IMG/VR virus record: IMGVR_UViG_3300032174_000009
Location: 1-52,440 of that record
DNA from: a virus
Taxonomy: Duplodnaviria; Caudoviricetes
Strand: one strand, 5' to 3'
DNA: 52,440 nucleotides
In this document: piece after piece, positions 9,096 through 17,799 of the stretch
How positions within the stretch are numbered: position 1 is the stretch's first letter
Layout of the letters: the number at the start of each line of letters is the position of its first letter
The notes under the pieces: generated by a model
Databases searched by the model: none
What the model saw: only the letters and a program-made list of their open reading frames with translations
Told to the model about the DNA's origin: nothing
Program-made: the position numbers and the translations under genes

Positions 9096-9862
9096 CCGGA
9101 GCTCTTAGCCTTGAGCAGATTCATAGCCGTTCGGAATTGGCTAGCCCGAAGGTCGACAACTGATTCCACCTTGAAAAATGCGAGAAACTTAGTTAAATCC
9201 GCGCCGGTCGATATAAGCTTTTGTCGAATGAGCTCAGCCTGAGAACTGGTTATCGCGCTATCATTCTGGCCGCCCGCGCGATTGCCATCATCGTCCTCGC
9301 TATCGCCAACCGCAAGATTGAAAATCATCTTCAGCAAATAGCGCATGCCGTATGTGATAGCGCTGCCGATCGCATGAGTCTTCGTCATGACATCGCCGCC
9401 TTTGGCGCCCTTGCCATCGGCGGGAATTAACAGCTCAACATCTCGCGAGGCACCCCCCTTATGAGAAATTCGGCAGACAAGGTTTATGAAATTCTCAGTT
9501 AAGACTGGCATCGTGCGGAAGCTTAGAGAGAATCCTTGCTCGGTATAAATCGGCCTGATCGCGCCATCTAGGGCGGCATAGCTGGCATATTTACTTCGCG
9601 TTTGGCTGTTGTCTTTGTCTGCGGCCACGCTCTTCATAGTTGCTTGGGCGATCGCCATCGCTTCGTCGAACAGCCTTTCCTCATCGCGCTTCTGCATCGC
9701 CTGATACATAGCGAACAAGCGATCCATGCGGTCGAGATCATAGTTTGTATCGCCGGCGGCACGCGAGATGATATCCATAAGCACCGCCGCGTCGCGCGGT
9801 TGATCCGGCTGCTTGACTGGCGCGATTTGTTGAGTCTGTTCCTCAACTGGTGGTTTGCTCAT
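9092..9862 (-). CDS. ERF family single-strand annealing recombinase
   Basis: SKYA, GSAITYGMRYLL and EDDDGN motifs; adjacent to the exonuclease. Confidence 0.93.
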   Translation of the reverse strand: MSKPPVEEQTQQIAPVKQPDQPRDAAVLMDIISRAAGDTNYDLDRMDRLFAMYQAMQKRDEERLFDEAMAIAQATMKSVAADKDNSQTRSKYASYAALDGAIRPIYTEQGFSLSFRTMPVLTENFINLVCRISHKGGASRDVELLIPADGKGAKGGDVMTKTHAIGSAITYGMRYLLKMIFNLAVGDSEDDDGNRAGGQNDSAITSSQAELIRQKLISTGADLTKFLAFFKVESVVDLRASQFRTAMNLLKAKSSG

Positions 9863-10044
9863 TTGAGGATTCTTTCAATAGCTATATCGACTTGGAATTC
9901 TAGGTTTTTGCTCTCAATCAAAACACTGTGATCTCTCGTTTTAAAATATTCTTTTTGTCTTTCTCGCATTGCCTTCACAAGCTCTGCAAATGCCGGAGCG
10001 CACGTCGTTGCAAGCTCAATCGTAAGCTGCTCTAGTTTGTTCAC
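9859..10044 (-). CDS. Hypothetical protein
   Basis: Coupled small ORF. Confidence 0.5.
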   Translation of the reverse strand: MNKLEQLTIELATTCAPAFAELVKAMRERQKEYFKTRDHSVLIESKNLEFQVDIAIERILK

Positions 10045-10223
10045 AGATGTTCACCATTTTCTGGAATTTCGTGCATTTGGAACGACTCTGCATCCGGGTT
10101 TTGGCAACCGATAATTCGCATAGTGTCGAGCGCGTGCTTGTCGCCTTCGTGATAGCCCAAGAGGAATCCACACAGGTAGACGACCGCGCCACAGATGATA
10201 AAAATTAAACGTCGAAGTTTCAT
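10041..10223 (-). CDS. Small membrane protein
   Basis: N-terminal hydrophobic helix. Confidence 0.5.
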   Translation of the reverse strand: MKLRRLIFIICGAVVYLCGFLLGYHEGDKHALDTMRIIGCQNPDAESFQMHEIPENGEHL

Positions 10224-10370
10224 CGAAGCATCTCCTCAACTTCTTCTCCGCATTGCTTCACCGCTTCGATGAGCACGGACTTGATAAGCCGCGCGCGAAG
10301 TCCATAATCCCGATCGTCTACCGCTAGAACACAACGGATTGCCTTTAGCAGTATGCTAACTCTCTGTGCG

Positions 10371-10553
10371 TCAGTCATTGGCAAGCACTTCATGCTCCGC
10401 CATAACAGCGTCTATCGCGGCCAAGGCCAGCACCAGCATATCCTCAGAATCAAAATCGTCTGCGCTGAAGCCGCACTCCTCAAGAGCGTCAAGCAGGGCA
10501 GCCTTTATTCTCTTGATTGGTGCTATGGGTTTAATTTCGCTCGTGCCGGTCAT
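10371..10553 (-). CDS. Hypothetical acidic protein
   Basis: GAGG RBS; 60 aa. Confidence 0.5.
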   Translation of the reverse strand: MTGTSEIKPIAPIKRIKAALLDALEECGFSADDFDSEDMLVLALAAIDAVMAEHEVLAND

Positions 10554-11141
10554 TGCATCCTCTCAAATTAGTGAAGCGTCGTGGGCCCCGCTATCCGCGC
10601 ATTTTAGCCAACCGCCATGCCAGCCGCCACCGCCTAGCCCCATGAGCATGAGCAATGACTCCGAAAGCGAACATTGATGCGATTATGAAAATAAATGCGA
10701 TTACACGAACGATCATTTTTTTGCCTTCTTGTTTGAGAGCGAAGCGTCGAGCCTAAACTCGAAATTCACAACGTCTTCGAGGTTACTAATCGTAGGTTTG
10801 CTTGGCGCTTCGCACTGCTCACCGGGCTAGTAGTGAGCAGGCCGAACCGTCAGGCCTTTGATAATTTTCTCGGGCTGGCTTGATGGCAGCGACGCCAAAA
10901 ATGAGGCCAAATTGACATAACGTGGCCGTTTCATGATGGGAACCTTGAATGCTGGGAAGCCTATTCTGAGATGCGCTCATTAAGCAGCCGTCGCTTGATC
11001 GCAAGCCAACGTACAATCCAACGTTGCATTGTCTTACGTTCGGTCTCATTTATGACATGAAGACAAGCGCCGAGTTGATTAGCAAGCGAAACAGCTTCAT
11101 CAATCTTATCCGCTAAGCGACGATCTGATTCTTGCATTCTG

Positions 11142-11417
11142 TTACTGGCCGGGTGAGCAGGTATGTCCAAACACGGGATAAATCCCCTGAGTAATAAGGG
11201 TTGGTCTGGCGGCAATGATTCTTGCTCGCAGATCTGTTGACCATGACGCAAAGGCCGCTTCGCAGGCCGATGTGGTCTTGAAAGTTGCGATGTAGCTGGA
11301 CGATGGACCGTTCCAAACCATAGAAGCGAGCAAGACAGTATCGGTTTCCCACGCATAGCTAGGCGTTGCGGCGAGCATCCCTATTGATGCAGCGGCGGCT
11401 AGAAGATGATATCTCAT
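11142..11417 (-). CDS. Putative exported protein
   Basis: GGAG RBS; signal peptide MRYHLLAAAASIGMLAATPSYA. Confidence 0.65.
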   Translation of the reverse strand: MRYHLLAAAASIGMLAATPSYAWETDTVLLASMVWNGPSSSYIATFKTTSACEAAFASWSTDLRARIIAARPTLITQGIYPVFGHTCSPGQ

Positions 11418-11566
11418 AAAGTGCTCCGTGTTGGCTAAGAGAGTGAAGCGTCGCGGGCCTTCATTTGAAAATGGGGCGCGGACCGGGAGAGAAACAGTCA
11501 ACGCGCCCCACTCATCCGCCGGAAAGGACCCGGACAAGAACTAACCGGCGGGAACTGCCTTCGCTA

Positions 11567-12241
11567 TTACCAACCAGCGAAATCAGCGTAGACGGCTGCT
11601 TGGTTCGGAAAGTCTGTCGATGGTGCGTGTTGCCAGTTCCCAACAAACACATAGGTGTTCGACGTTGTGTTTGGCTGTGAATAGGCGTCGACAGTGCGCG
11701 CGCCAAGGGATACCTGCGTGCAGGCCTGCTCGCCAGTATCAACCTTGTACGCTAGCCATGCCGGCCCTGGAGGCACTACGCCAACGATATAGGGCGGAAA
11801 CTGATTCCACCCCTGAGTGAGCGAGTGGCATAGCTGATTTGTGCAGGGATCAGTTTCGCCGGACGCTTTTTGTTGCGGCGTGAGACCGGGCTCCTGCAAC
11901 GTCGCGCCCACCCATTGCCCGGGCTGATGATCGACAATTTTGCCGGTCGAATCCTTAATCGGGAAGTCGTTATAAAGCGCCACGTGCACGGTAGAATTCA
12001 GGCATAGCTTGGGAATATAAATGTGGAAAGTGTCTAGCCTAGCTCGCGTGATCGGAGACCCGTTGACCACGTTAGGGACATCGATCCTTTGCGCAAAGGA
12101 TTTTGTTGAATCGATGGTTGATGCGGTTGGCTGCACGGTCGTTATGCCGAGACTAAACCGACATGGAGATCCACTGACGCATGCTGCATTGGCACTTGCC
12201 GTTAAACTAAGAAACGTAGCTGCTAGGAGCAGAGCTTTCAT
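11567..12241 (-). CDS. Putative exported Cys-containing protein
   Basis: GAGG RBS; signal peptide MKALLLAATFLSLTASANA; six Cys in the mature region. Confidence 0.7.
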   Translation of the reverse strand: MKALLLAATFLSLTASANAACVSGSPCRFSLGITTVQPTASTIDSTKSFAQRIDVPNVVNGSPITRARLDTFHIYIPKLCLNSTVHVALYNDFPIKDSTGKIVDHQPGQWVGATLQEPGLTPQQKASGETDPCTNQLCHSLTQGWNQFPPYIVGVVPPGPAWLAYKVDTGEQACTQVSLGARTVDAYSQPNTTSNTYVFVGNWQHAPSTDFPNQAAVYADFAGW

Positions 12242-12469
12242 TTGACGTTTTTCCTCGTTGCTGGTTTGAAAAATCATAGCAAGGAGGCGTCATAATCCAA
12301 AAAAATACCTTTGGCAACAAAAAAATTCCTTAGGCGCCCAAATCCTTTTAAAGGTGTCTCGTTTATAAACTCTCAAATTTGTCATTTTTAACCCAGGTAA
12401 TGTTCATGTAATGATGCGCCGCAAAAATTGGATTGGGAGCAAAAAGAATGTTTCTTAAGCTCGGCATTG

Positions 12470-12916
12470 CTATTGTCGTCGTTTTGAATCAGCGAATTGC
12501 CGAGTTAGAAACTCAGCTATCACTTTGCCAGTATGCTTGGGAGTCGAGGTGTCTAAATGAGCGCCTGAAGGTGTGTCGAGGACTCTTAGGACAATTAACG
12601 AAAGCTCAGACGCCTCTTCGTGAGAAAAATCTAGGGCAAGCAACATCCCTTCTAGAGCACCCATAAGCAAATGGCGCCCGTGACCTGACGGAAACCCCAA
12701 AATGTCGTTGGGTTCGACGCCAAGGGCGTCAGCTAAATTGGAAAGTTTGGCAAATTGCAGTGTCCCTCGTCCGCTTAAAATTTGGGACACAGCGTTGCCG
12801 GTGACCCCAAGAACTTTGCCAAGCGCTTCCTGACTCAGCCCCTTGTGGCGCATAAACATACGGATGCGCTCGCCTATTTCCTCAGCCTTGCGATTCAAAT
12901 CAGCCTCGTCAGTCAT
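12470..12916 (-). CDS. CI-like XRE-family repressor
   Basis: IGERIRMFMRHKGLSQEALGKVLGVTGNAVSQILSG HTH, divergent from the rightward operon; no S24 peptidase domain evident. Confidence 0.85.
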   Translation of the reverse strand: MTDEADLNRKAEEIGERIRMFMRHKGLSQEALGKVLGVTGNAVSQILSGRGTLQFAKLSNLADALGVEPNDILGFPSGHGRHLLMGALEGMLLALDFSHEEASELSLIVLRVLDTPSGAHLDTSTPKHTGKVIAEFLTRQFADSKRRQ

Positions 12917-12965
12917 GCCGCGATTTTAAGTTGCGCCATGCTGGCGACCAAGTTTAAAAAAATTG

Positions 12966-12994
12966 TTGACATGCGTGTATCAAATTAATATTCT
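12966..12994 (+). promoter_or_regulatory. Sigma70-like rightward promoter (PR)
   Basis: TTGACA-N17-TATTCT. Confidence 0.7.
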
Positions 12995-13019
12995 TATAAA
13001 GTCACGAAGGGGAACTTTC

Positions 13020-13181
13020 ATGCCTGAAGCTTTTGAAAATTGGGCGCACGGCCTTTACGATTTCGTCCCTATCGGCGTCGCCATCGCCATTGTCGTGCTG
13101 ATCGTGGATGTCGGATGTCGCCGGAACGTTTCCAAGAAGACTTCTTCTTGGTGGTCACGCGATCATCGCCGGCGTTTTTGA
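13020..13181 (+). CDS. Small single-pass membrane protein at the cro position
   Basis: AAGGGG RBS; hydrophobic segment FVPIGVAIAIVVLIVDV. Confidence 0.45.
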   Translation: MPEAFENWAHGLYDFVPIGVAIAIVVLIVDVGCRRNVSKKTSSWWSRDHRRRF

Positions 13182-13296
13182 AAATCACAAGGCGCACCGC
13201 GGATAGTGGAATCCATAGGTCGCCATCGTCGTCTTCCTCGGGGGGTTGTTGAGTTGTGGTTTCCATGCCCGCAACTTGACATGGAGATTTTTGGAA

Positions 13297-13728
13297 ATGG
13301 CCAACAATGCGTTGGACAGGAAGGCTTTTGGTACACCACTTTCTGAAGCGTCGTTTTTGGTGCGTCAGTTAGGAAACTACCAAAACGTAAGAAGCAAAGA
13401 GGCGATCAATCTTGCGTACATGCGTCTTAGTCACTTCGGGATCTTTAGCCGAAACAGAGTCAAAGAGCTTTTCTATGGAGAAACCTACCCGCGCAACAAA
13501 GTATCGTCTGCGGAAATGGACGCTATTAGATACGCGGTCTCCAAACTAACGGCCGGTGTGGGCCGGAGGGAGCAAAACAGTGATATCACTATTGAGGATC
13601 TACGAAATGCCCTGGCCGCGCTGGCTAGGCAGATTAAGAAACTGGACCCTTCGTTTGATCATTCATTCGCTGAAGCGCTCAGCGCTGCGCCACTGGCTAA
13701 AGTCCTCTCAAAAGACAGTAGCCGCTGA
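13297..13728 (+). CDS. Putative phage transcriptional regulator (CII position)
   Basis: GGAG RBS; FSRNRVKELFYGE HTH-like segment; synteny. Confidence 0.55.
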   Translation: MANNALDRKAFGTPLSEASFLVRQLGNYQNVRSKEAINLAYMRLSHFGIFSRNRVKELFYGETYPRNKVSSAEMDAIRYAVSKLTAGVGRREQNSDITIEDLRNALAALARQIKKLDPSFDHSFAEALSAAPLAKVLSKDSSR

Positions 13729-13746
13729 AGAGTTTGAGCAATTGCT

Positions 13747-14097
13747 GTGAGCGGCGGCAAGACTCCGCGCGCAAAGGGTGATCGATTCGAGCGCGCGATT
13801 GTCCGCTTGCTTCAGGATCGCGGCATCGGCGCCGAGCGCGTCCCCTTATCTGGTAGCGCTGGTGGTCGATTTTCGGGTGATCTTTCTGTCCCATGTTTAG
13901 GTCGCGATCTTGTGGTTGAGGCTAAATCGCGTGGGGCTGGTTTTCGGCAATTGTACGCATGGCTGGACGGTCGAGACGTGCTTATCACGCGCTCAGATCG
14001 TCGCGAAGCGCTAGTCATTTTACGCCTCAACCTCGCCGCTGAGATTGCCGTCAAGGCGGAGGGAAAGAAAAGCATGTTCAGGAGTCTAAGCGAATGA
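13747..14097 (+). CDS. Holliday junction resolvase (Hjc-like PD-(D/E)XK)
   Basis: KGDRFER, RVPLSG, GDL and EAK motifs. Confidence 0.85.
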   Translation: MSGGKTPRAKGDRFERAIVRLLQDRGIGAERVPLSGSAGGRFSGDLSVPCLGRDLVVEAKSRGAGFRQLYAWLDGRDVLITRSDRREALVILRLNLAAEIAVKAEGKKSMFRSLSE

Positions 14098-14342
14098 GTA
14101 AGGACGAAAAAATCGCAAAGTTATATATGGATGGATACACCTATGTAGAAATTGCTGAACTCTGCAATGTGAGTCGTCATGTGGTTGGGATCAGTCTACG
14201 CAGATCAAGGGATGCCGGGCATGATTTGCGTAGGATAATAGATGATCTCAGCGTAAATACGCGTGAGAAAGCAATTTTTGAGAGACGCTGTAAGCAACAT
14301 CTTGAAGATCTTTATCATCATCACGGCAAGCTAGCCGCTTAG
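14094..14342 (+). CDS. HTH DNA-binding protein
   Basis: GYTYVEIAELCNVSRHVV. Confidence 0.7.
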   Translation: MSKDEKIAKLYMDGYTYVEIAELCNVSRHVVGISLRRSRDAGHDLRRIIDDLSVNTREKAIFERRCKQHLEDLYHHHGKLAA

Positions 14343-14364
14343 CAGATCACTCGCGGAATTCAAA

Positions 14365-14922
14365 ATGACCGGAACGCATCTTTGGCGGGCGGGAGTAACA
14401 TCGCCTGACGCGCGGCGAGAAAGGGATTTTTACCCTACCCCGTCTGCGGTAGTTCACGTCTTGATTCCATTCCTTGGAGACTTCCCTCGTTTCGTTTGGG
14501 ACCCCGCTTGCGGTGATGACTCACTCGCCAAGGCGCTCAATCAAGGATTCTTCATTATTGCCTGCACCGATATCGTGAACAACGAGGAACGGGATGCGTT
14601 AGATTTTCTTGCGACAACTGATCGAGTCGCCGATGCGATTATCACCAACCCGCCTTATTCTCTCGCGGAGGAATTCATTCGTCACGCGTTCAAAATAGGC
14701 GTGACTCATATGGCCTTATTGCTAAAGGCAAACTTCGAGAATGCTTACCGTGGCGGCCTGTTTGAAGAATTTCCCTATGCCCATCGCCTGCCGCTTACAT
14801 GGCGCCCAGACTTCACCGGCAAAGGTAGGCCGTTCCTTGATGTGACTTGGTATGTGTGGCAGCCGAATTGCTATCACATGACGACGACTCGACTTCTGCG
14901 ACCGGGCAAAGAGGCCGCGTAA
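14365..14922 (+). CDS. DNA amino-methyltransferase
   Basis: DFYPTP, SAM-binding WDPACGD and catalytic NPPY. Confidence 0.88.
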   Translation: MTGTHLWRAGVTSPDARRERDFYPTPSAVVHVLIPFLGDFPRFVWDPACGDDSLAKALNQGFFIIACTDIVNNEERDALDFLATTDRVADAIITNPPYSLAEEFIRHAFKIGVTHMALLLKANFENAYRGGLFEEFPYAHRLPLTWRPDFTGKGRPFLDVTWYVWQPNCYHMTTTRLLRPGKEAA

Positions 14923-15149
14923 TGGGAAAATGGTCTCTAGCCGAACTCGCTACTCATCTTGAGCTGATGGCCAAGGGCCAAGACATCATCGTGCGGTTTC
15001 TTTCTGAGAGCGGCGCAACTCTAGATGATAAAGAATCTTCACGCGAGAAAACCCTACAAGCCGCTCGCGCGCTCAAAGAACTTGCACCATTTCAAGAAAA
15101 ATTACGGGCCTTCTTAATCGAGCAAAAAAATCAACAAAAGGATTGGTGA
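14922..15149 (+). CDS. Hypothetical protein
   Basis: Coupled ORF (TAATG). Confidence 0.5.
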   Translation: MGKWSLAELATHLELMAKGQDIIVRFLSESGATLDDKESSREKTLQAARALKELAPFQEKLRAFLIEQKNQQKDW

Positions 15150-15152
15150 TTT

Positions 15153-15452
15153 ATGAAGGTGACTCCTTGGACTAATACCGAATTAAAGATCCTTCGCGAC
15201 GCGCGGGACAGGGGAATGACAGCTAAGGGCATTTCTTCACTTGTTCTCAAGCACCGGACGCCAAGTGCCATTAATCACACAATGCGCCGCAACGGAATTT
15301 CATTCCGCGATGACGATAACTCACTGAGAACAGTTCAGGTTTCCATTTCAGGAAATGTTTACGAGCATCTAAAATCTTTAGCTACCGAACAAGGCGTGAC
15401 GGTTGCAAGGGTTTGCAGAGGCATCCTTCAAAATGCTGCGAAGGAAGCCTAA
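15153..15452 (+). CDS. Putative DNA-binding protein (HTH plus RHH-like)
   Basis: WTNTELKILR...RTPSAI; C-terminal VQVSISGNVYEHLKSLA. Confidence 0.55.
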   Translation: MKVTPWTNTELKILRDARDRGMTAKGISSLVLKHRTPSAINHTMRRNGISFRDDDNSLRTVQVSISGNVYEHLKSLATEQGVTVARVCRGILQNAAKEA

Positions 15453-16096
15453 TGAGCGCTCGCCGTAAAATCAAGCTTGATACTCAAATCCTTGACGCCC
15501 TCGAGAGCGGATATGGAACCGTGAAAGAGATTTCCTCGCTCATTGGCATCCCGTCTGCGACATGCTCGGCTATTTTGTGCATCCTTCGCGACAGTGGACT
15601 CGTCAAGGTTGTCGGTAAGCGCGTCACCGGTACGCAAGGCCGGCCTTCAAACATTTACTCACTGATTGAGGGAATTTCTTCCATGACTCGAAAAGTATTG
15701 CCGACGCGGCGCCGCTGCGAGCATCTGTCAATGACCTGCGGAAACGGCAAATACACCGTCAGCGTCGGACGCTATTCTGATGGAGTGCCGGCCGAAGTTT
15801 TCGTTAGCTCGTCTCGTCCATCAAGCGAGATTTCTGACGTAGCTCGCGATGCCTCGATTCTGATCTCGATCGCGCTGCAATATGGAGTCCCTCTTAGGGC
15901 TATGCGTGATTCAATCACGCGCCTATCTGACAACAGCGCGGCAAGCATTATTGGTGCCGTTCTCGACTTGATTGCGCCGCCGGATAATGACGCGGCTGGT
16001 GCCCAGATTGATCCGCTATTGTCTCGGCCAAGGTACTTTGACTGCACGACATATACGAAGCCGAGCGCGAATAAGACAATGGTTGAGGCGCTTTGA
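15452..16096 (+). CDS. Winged-HTH domain fused to a TSCPD-like (class II ribonucleotide reductase C-terminal-like) domain
   Basis: N-terminal wHTH (TVKEIS...GLV...GRP...Y); C-terminal RKVLPTRR...EVFV...DASILISIALQYGVPL; internal RBS and ATG at 15683. Confidence 0.65.
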   Translation: MSARRKIKLDTQILDALESGYGTVKEISSLIGIPSATCSAILCILRDSGLVKVVGKRVTGTQGRPSNIYSLIEGISSMTRKVLPTRRRCEHLSMTCGNGKYTVSVGRYSDGVPAEVFVSSSRPSSEISDVARDASILISIALQYGVPLRAMRDSITRLSDNSAASIIGAVLDLIAPPDNDAAGAQIDPLLSRPRYFDCTTYTKPSANKTMVEAL

Positions 16097-17094
16097 TGAG
16101 CGAGCTTGTTCCAATTGGCGAACACGCCGAATCAGACGTGGTTGTGGCAAAACTACATGTTGCAAGACGTGCTCTCACGCAAGCACGCACCATACAAGAA
16201 TCAAAAAAAGTAGCCGACATTTCGAAGGCTTTGGGCATCTATTCCAGGCAACAGCAACTTGGAAAGGAGCTTGAGCAAGAAGCCAAGGCGATCTTTCTCG
16301 AAGCGATGCGCCGCTGCGGCGAAATGCTGCTCGAAACGGATAGGCACGAAGGCGGGCGGCCCAAAATAACTGGTTCCGATTTGGTACCAGTTTCAGCACC
16401 ACCCACGCTTAAAGACATGACCTTGAGCAAGAAAGAATCCGCTCTTGCTCAAAAGCTGGCGGCGCTTCCCAGCGAAATGTTTGAACAAATCAAGTCTGGG
16501 GCGATTAAAATTACTGAGGCGTTTAGGCGCATTCTCGCCAGCAAAACAGAAGAGCTTAGATTAGTCGAGCCTACCGGCAAATATCGTGTGATCTATGCTG
16601 ATCCGCCGTGGAGCTACGGCAACACAATGCCAGAAGGCACAACCGAGCAACGCGACCACTATCCGGTGATGAGCCTTGCTGACATTTGCGCAGAGCCGGT
16701 TAAGAACCAATACGCTGAAGACAACGCAGTTCTATTCCTCTGGGTAACATCACCAATCCTCGAGGAATCGTTTCAGGTGATCGAAGCTTGGGGGTTCAAA
16801 TACAAAGCATCATTTGTCTGGGACAAAATCAAGCACAACATGGGCCACTACAATTCGGTACGCCATGAATTGTTGCTGATCGCCACTCGCGGCTCCTGCC
16901 AGCCAGACCAGCGCAAGCTGTTTGATAGCGTCGTTAGCATAGAGCGGCAAGAGCATAGCCGCAAACCAGAGTTCTTCTATGAGATAATCGAGACGCTGTA
17001 TCCGATCGGTAAGCGCCTCGAGATGTATCGACGCGGAGCACCTCGAGCCGGATGGGACGCTTATGGTTACGAGGCAGAGTATGCCGCTGCTTGA
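16093..17094 (+). CDS. MT-A70 family N6-adenine methyltransferase
   Basis: YADPPW, LFLW, HELLLIA and HSRKP motifs. Confidence 0.92.
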   Translation: MMSELVPIGEHAESDVVVAKLHVARRALTQARTIQESKKVADISKALGIYSRQQQLGKELEQEAKAIFLEAMRRCGEMLLETDRHEGGRPKITGSDLVPVSAPPTLKDMTLSKKESALAQKLAALPSEMFEQIKSGAIKITEAFRRILASKTEELRLVEPTGKYRVIYADPPWSYGNTMPEGTTEQRDHYPVMSLADICAEPVKNQYAEDNAVLFLWVTSPILEESFQVIEAWGFKYKASFVWDKIKHNMGHYNSVRHELLLIATRGSCQPDQRKLFDSVVSIERQEHSRKPEFFYEIIETLYPIGKRLEMYRRGAPRAGWDAYGYEAEYAAA

Positions 17095-17554
17095 GCCAAC
17101 ATATCCTGACGCTAAGAGCCCTACGGCATATCAGGATGGCTTGGAATTCCAAGACTTCGTCTGTGACGTCCTCTCACAACATGGTGTAATCATACAGAAT
17201 TTCGGCAGTAAAAAGTTTCAATGGAATAAGGGGGAGAACCGCCAAAGCTGGGAAATTAAGTTAGACAAGCGATGTACCGAGACGGGAAGAATGTCAATAG
17301 AAGTTGCCGAGAAAAGCTCGCGCGACGTTTCATGTTGGACCAAAAGCGGCATTTTTTCCAAAGTCAATTCCTGGTTATACATTCAAGGAAATTACGAGTT
17401 TCTGGCAATCTTCTCTACTCGTTGGCTACGTCGGTATCATGACGAGATTAAGCCAGAAATTCATGAAAAACGCGGAACTATCAAAACATTCTACCTACCG
17501 CTTGAGACCGTCAAAAATTATGCAGAGAAAGTCATCGTATTGGTGCCCGCATGA
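17081..17554 (+). CDS. Hypothetical protein, possible PD-(D/E)XK nuclease fold
   Basis: GEN...WEIKLD...TGRMSIE; directly follows the MT-A70 gene. Confidence 0.5.
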   Translation: MPLLEPTYPDAKSPTAYQDGLEFQDFVCDVLSQHGVIIQNFGSKKFQWNKGENRQSWEIKLDKRCTETGRMSIEVAEKSSRDVSCWTKSGIFSKVNSWLYIQGNYEFLAIFSTRWLRRYHDEIKPEIHEKRGTIKTFYLPLETVKNYAEKVIVLVPA

Positions 17555-17799
17555 CCAATCCTTGGATGCCATTCCATGCCGTTGGCACAGCGTTTGCTAC
17601 GCGCGCGGTTATAGATACTATAATTAAGAAACAGTCACGTAAGGTTGTAATTAGCTCTTACTATACCGCACGCGCGAGGGCCTTAAGCATGGCTAACAAG
17701 GAGTGGAGATAAATGAGCTTGGAAATCGCTATGGTTCTTCAAACGGCTCTGATTATCATAACGATAATTGCCGTCCACTTTTGGCGGTGCTGAAACAGC

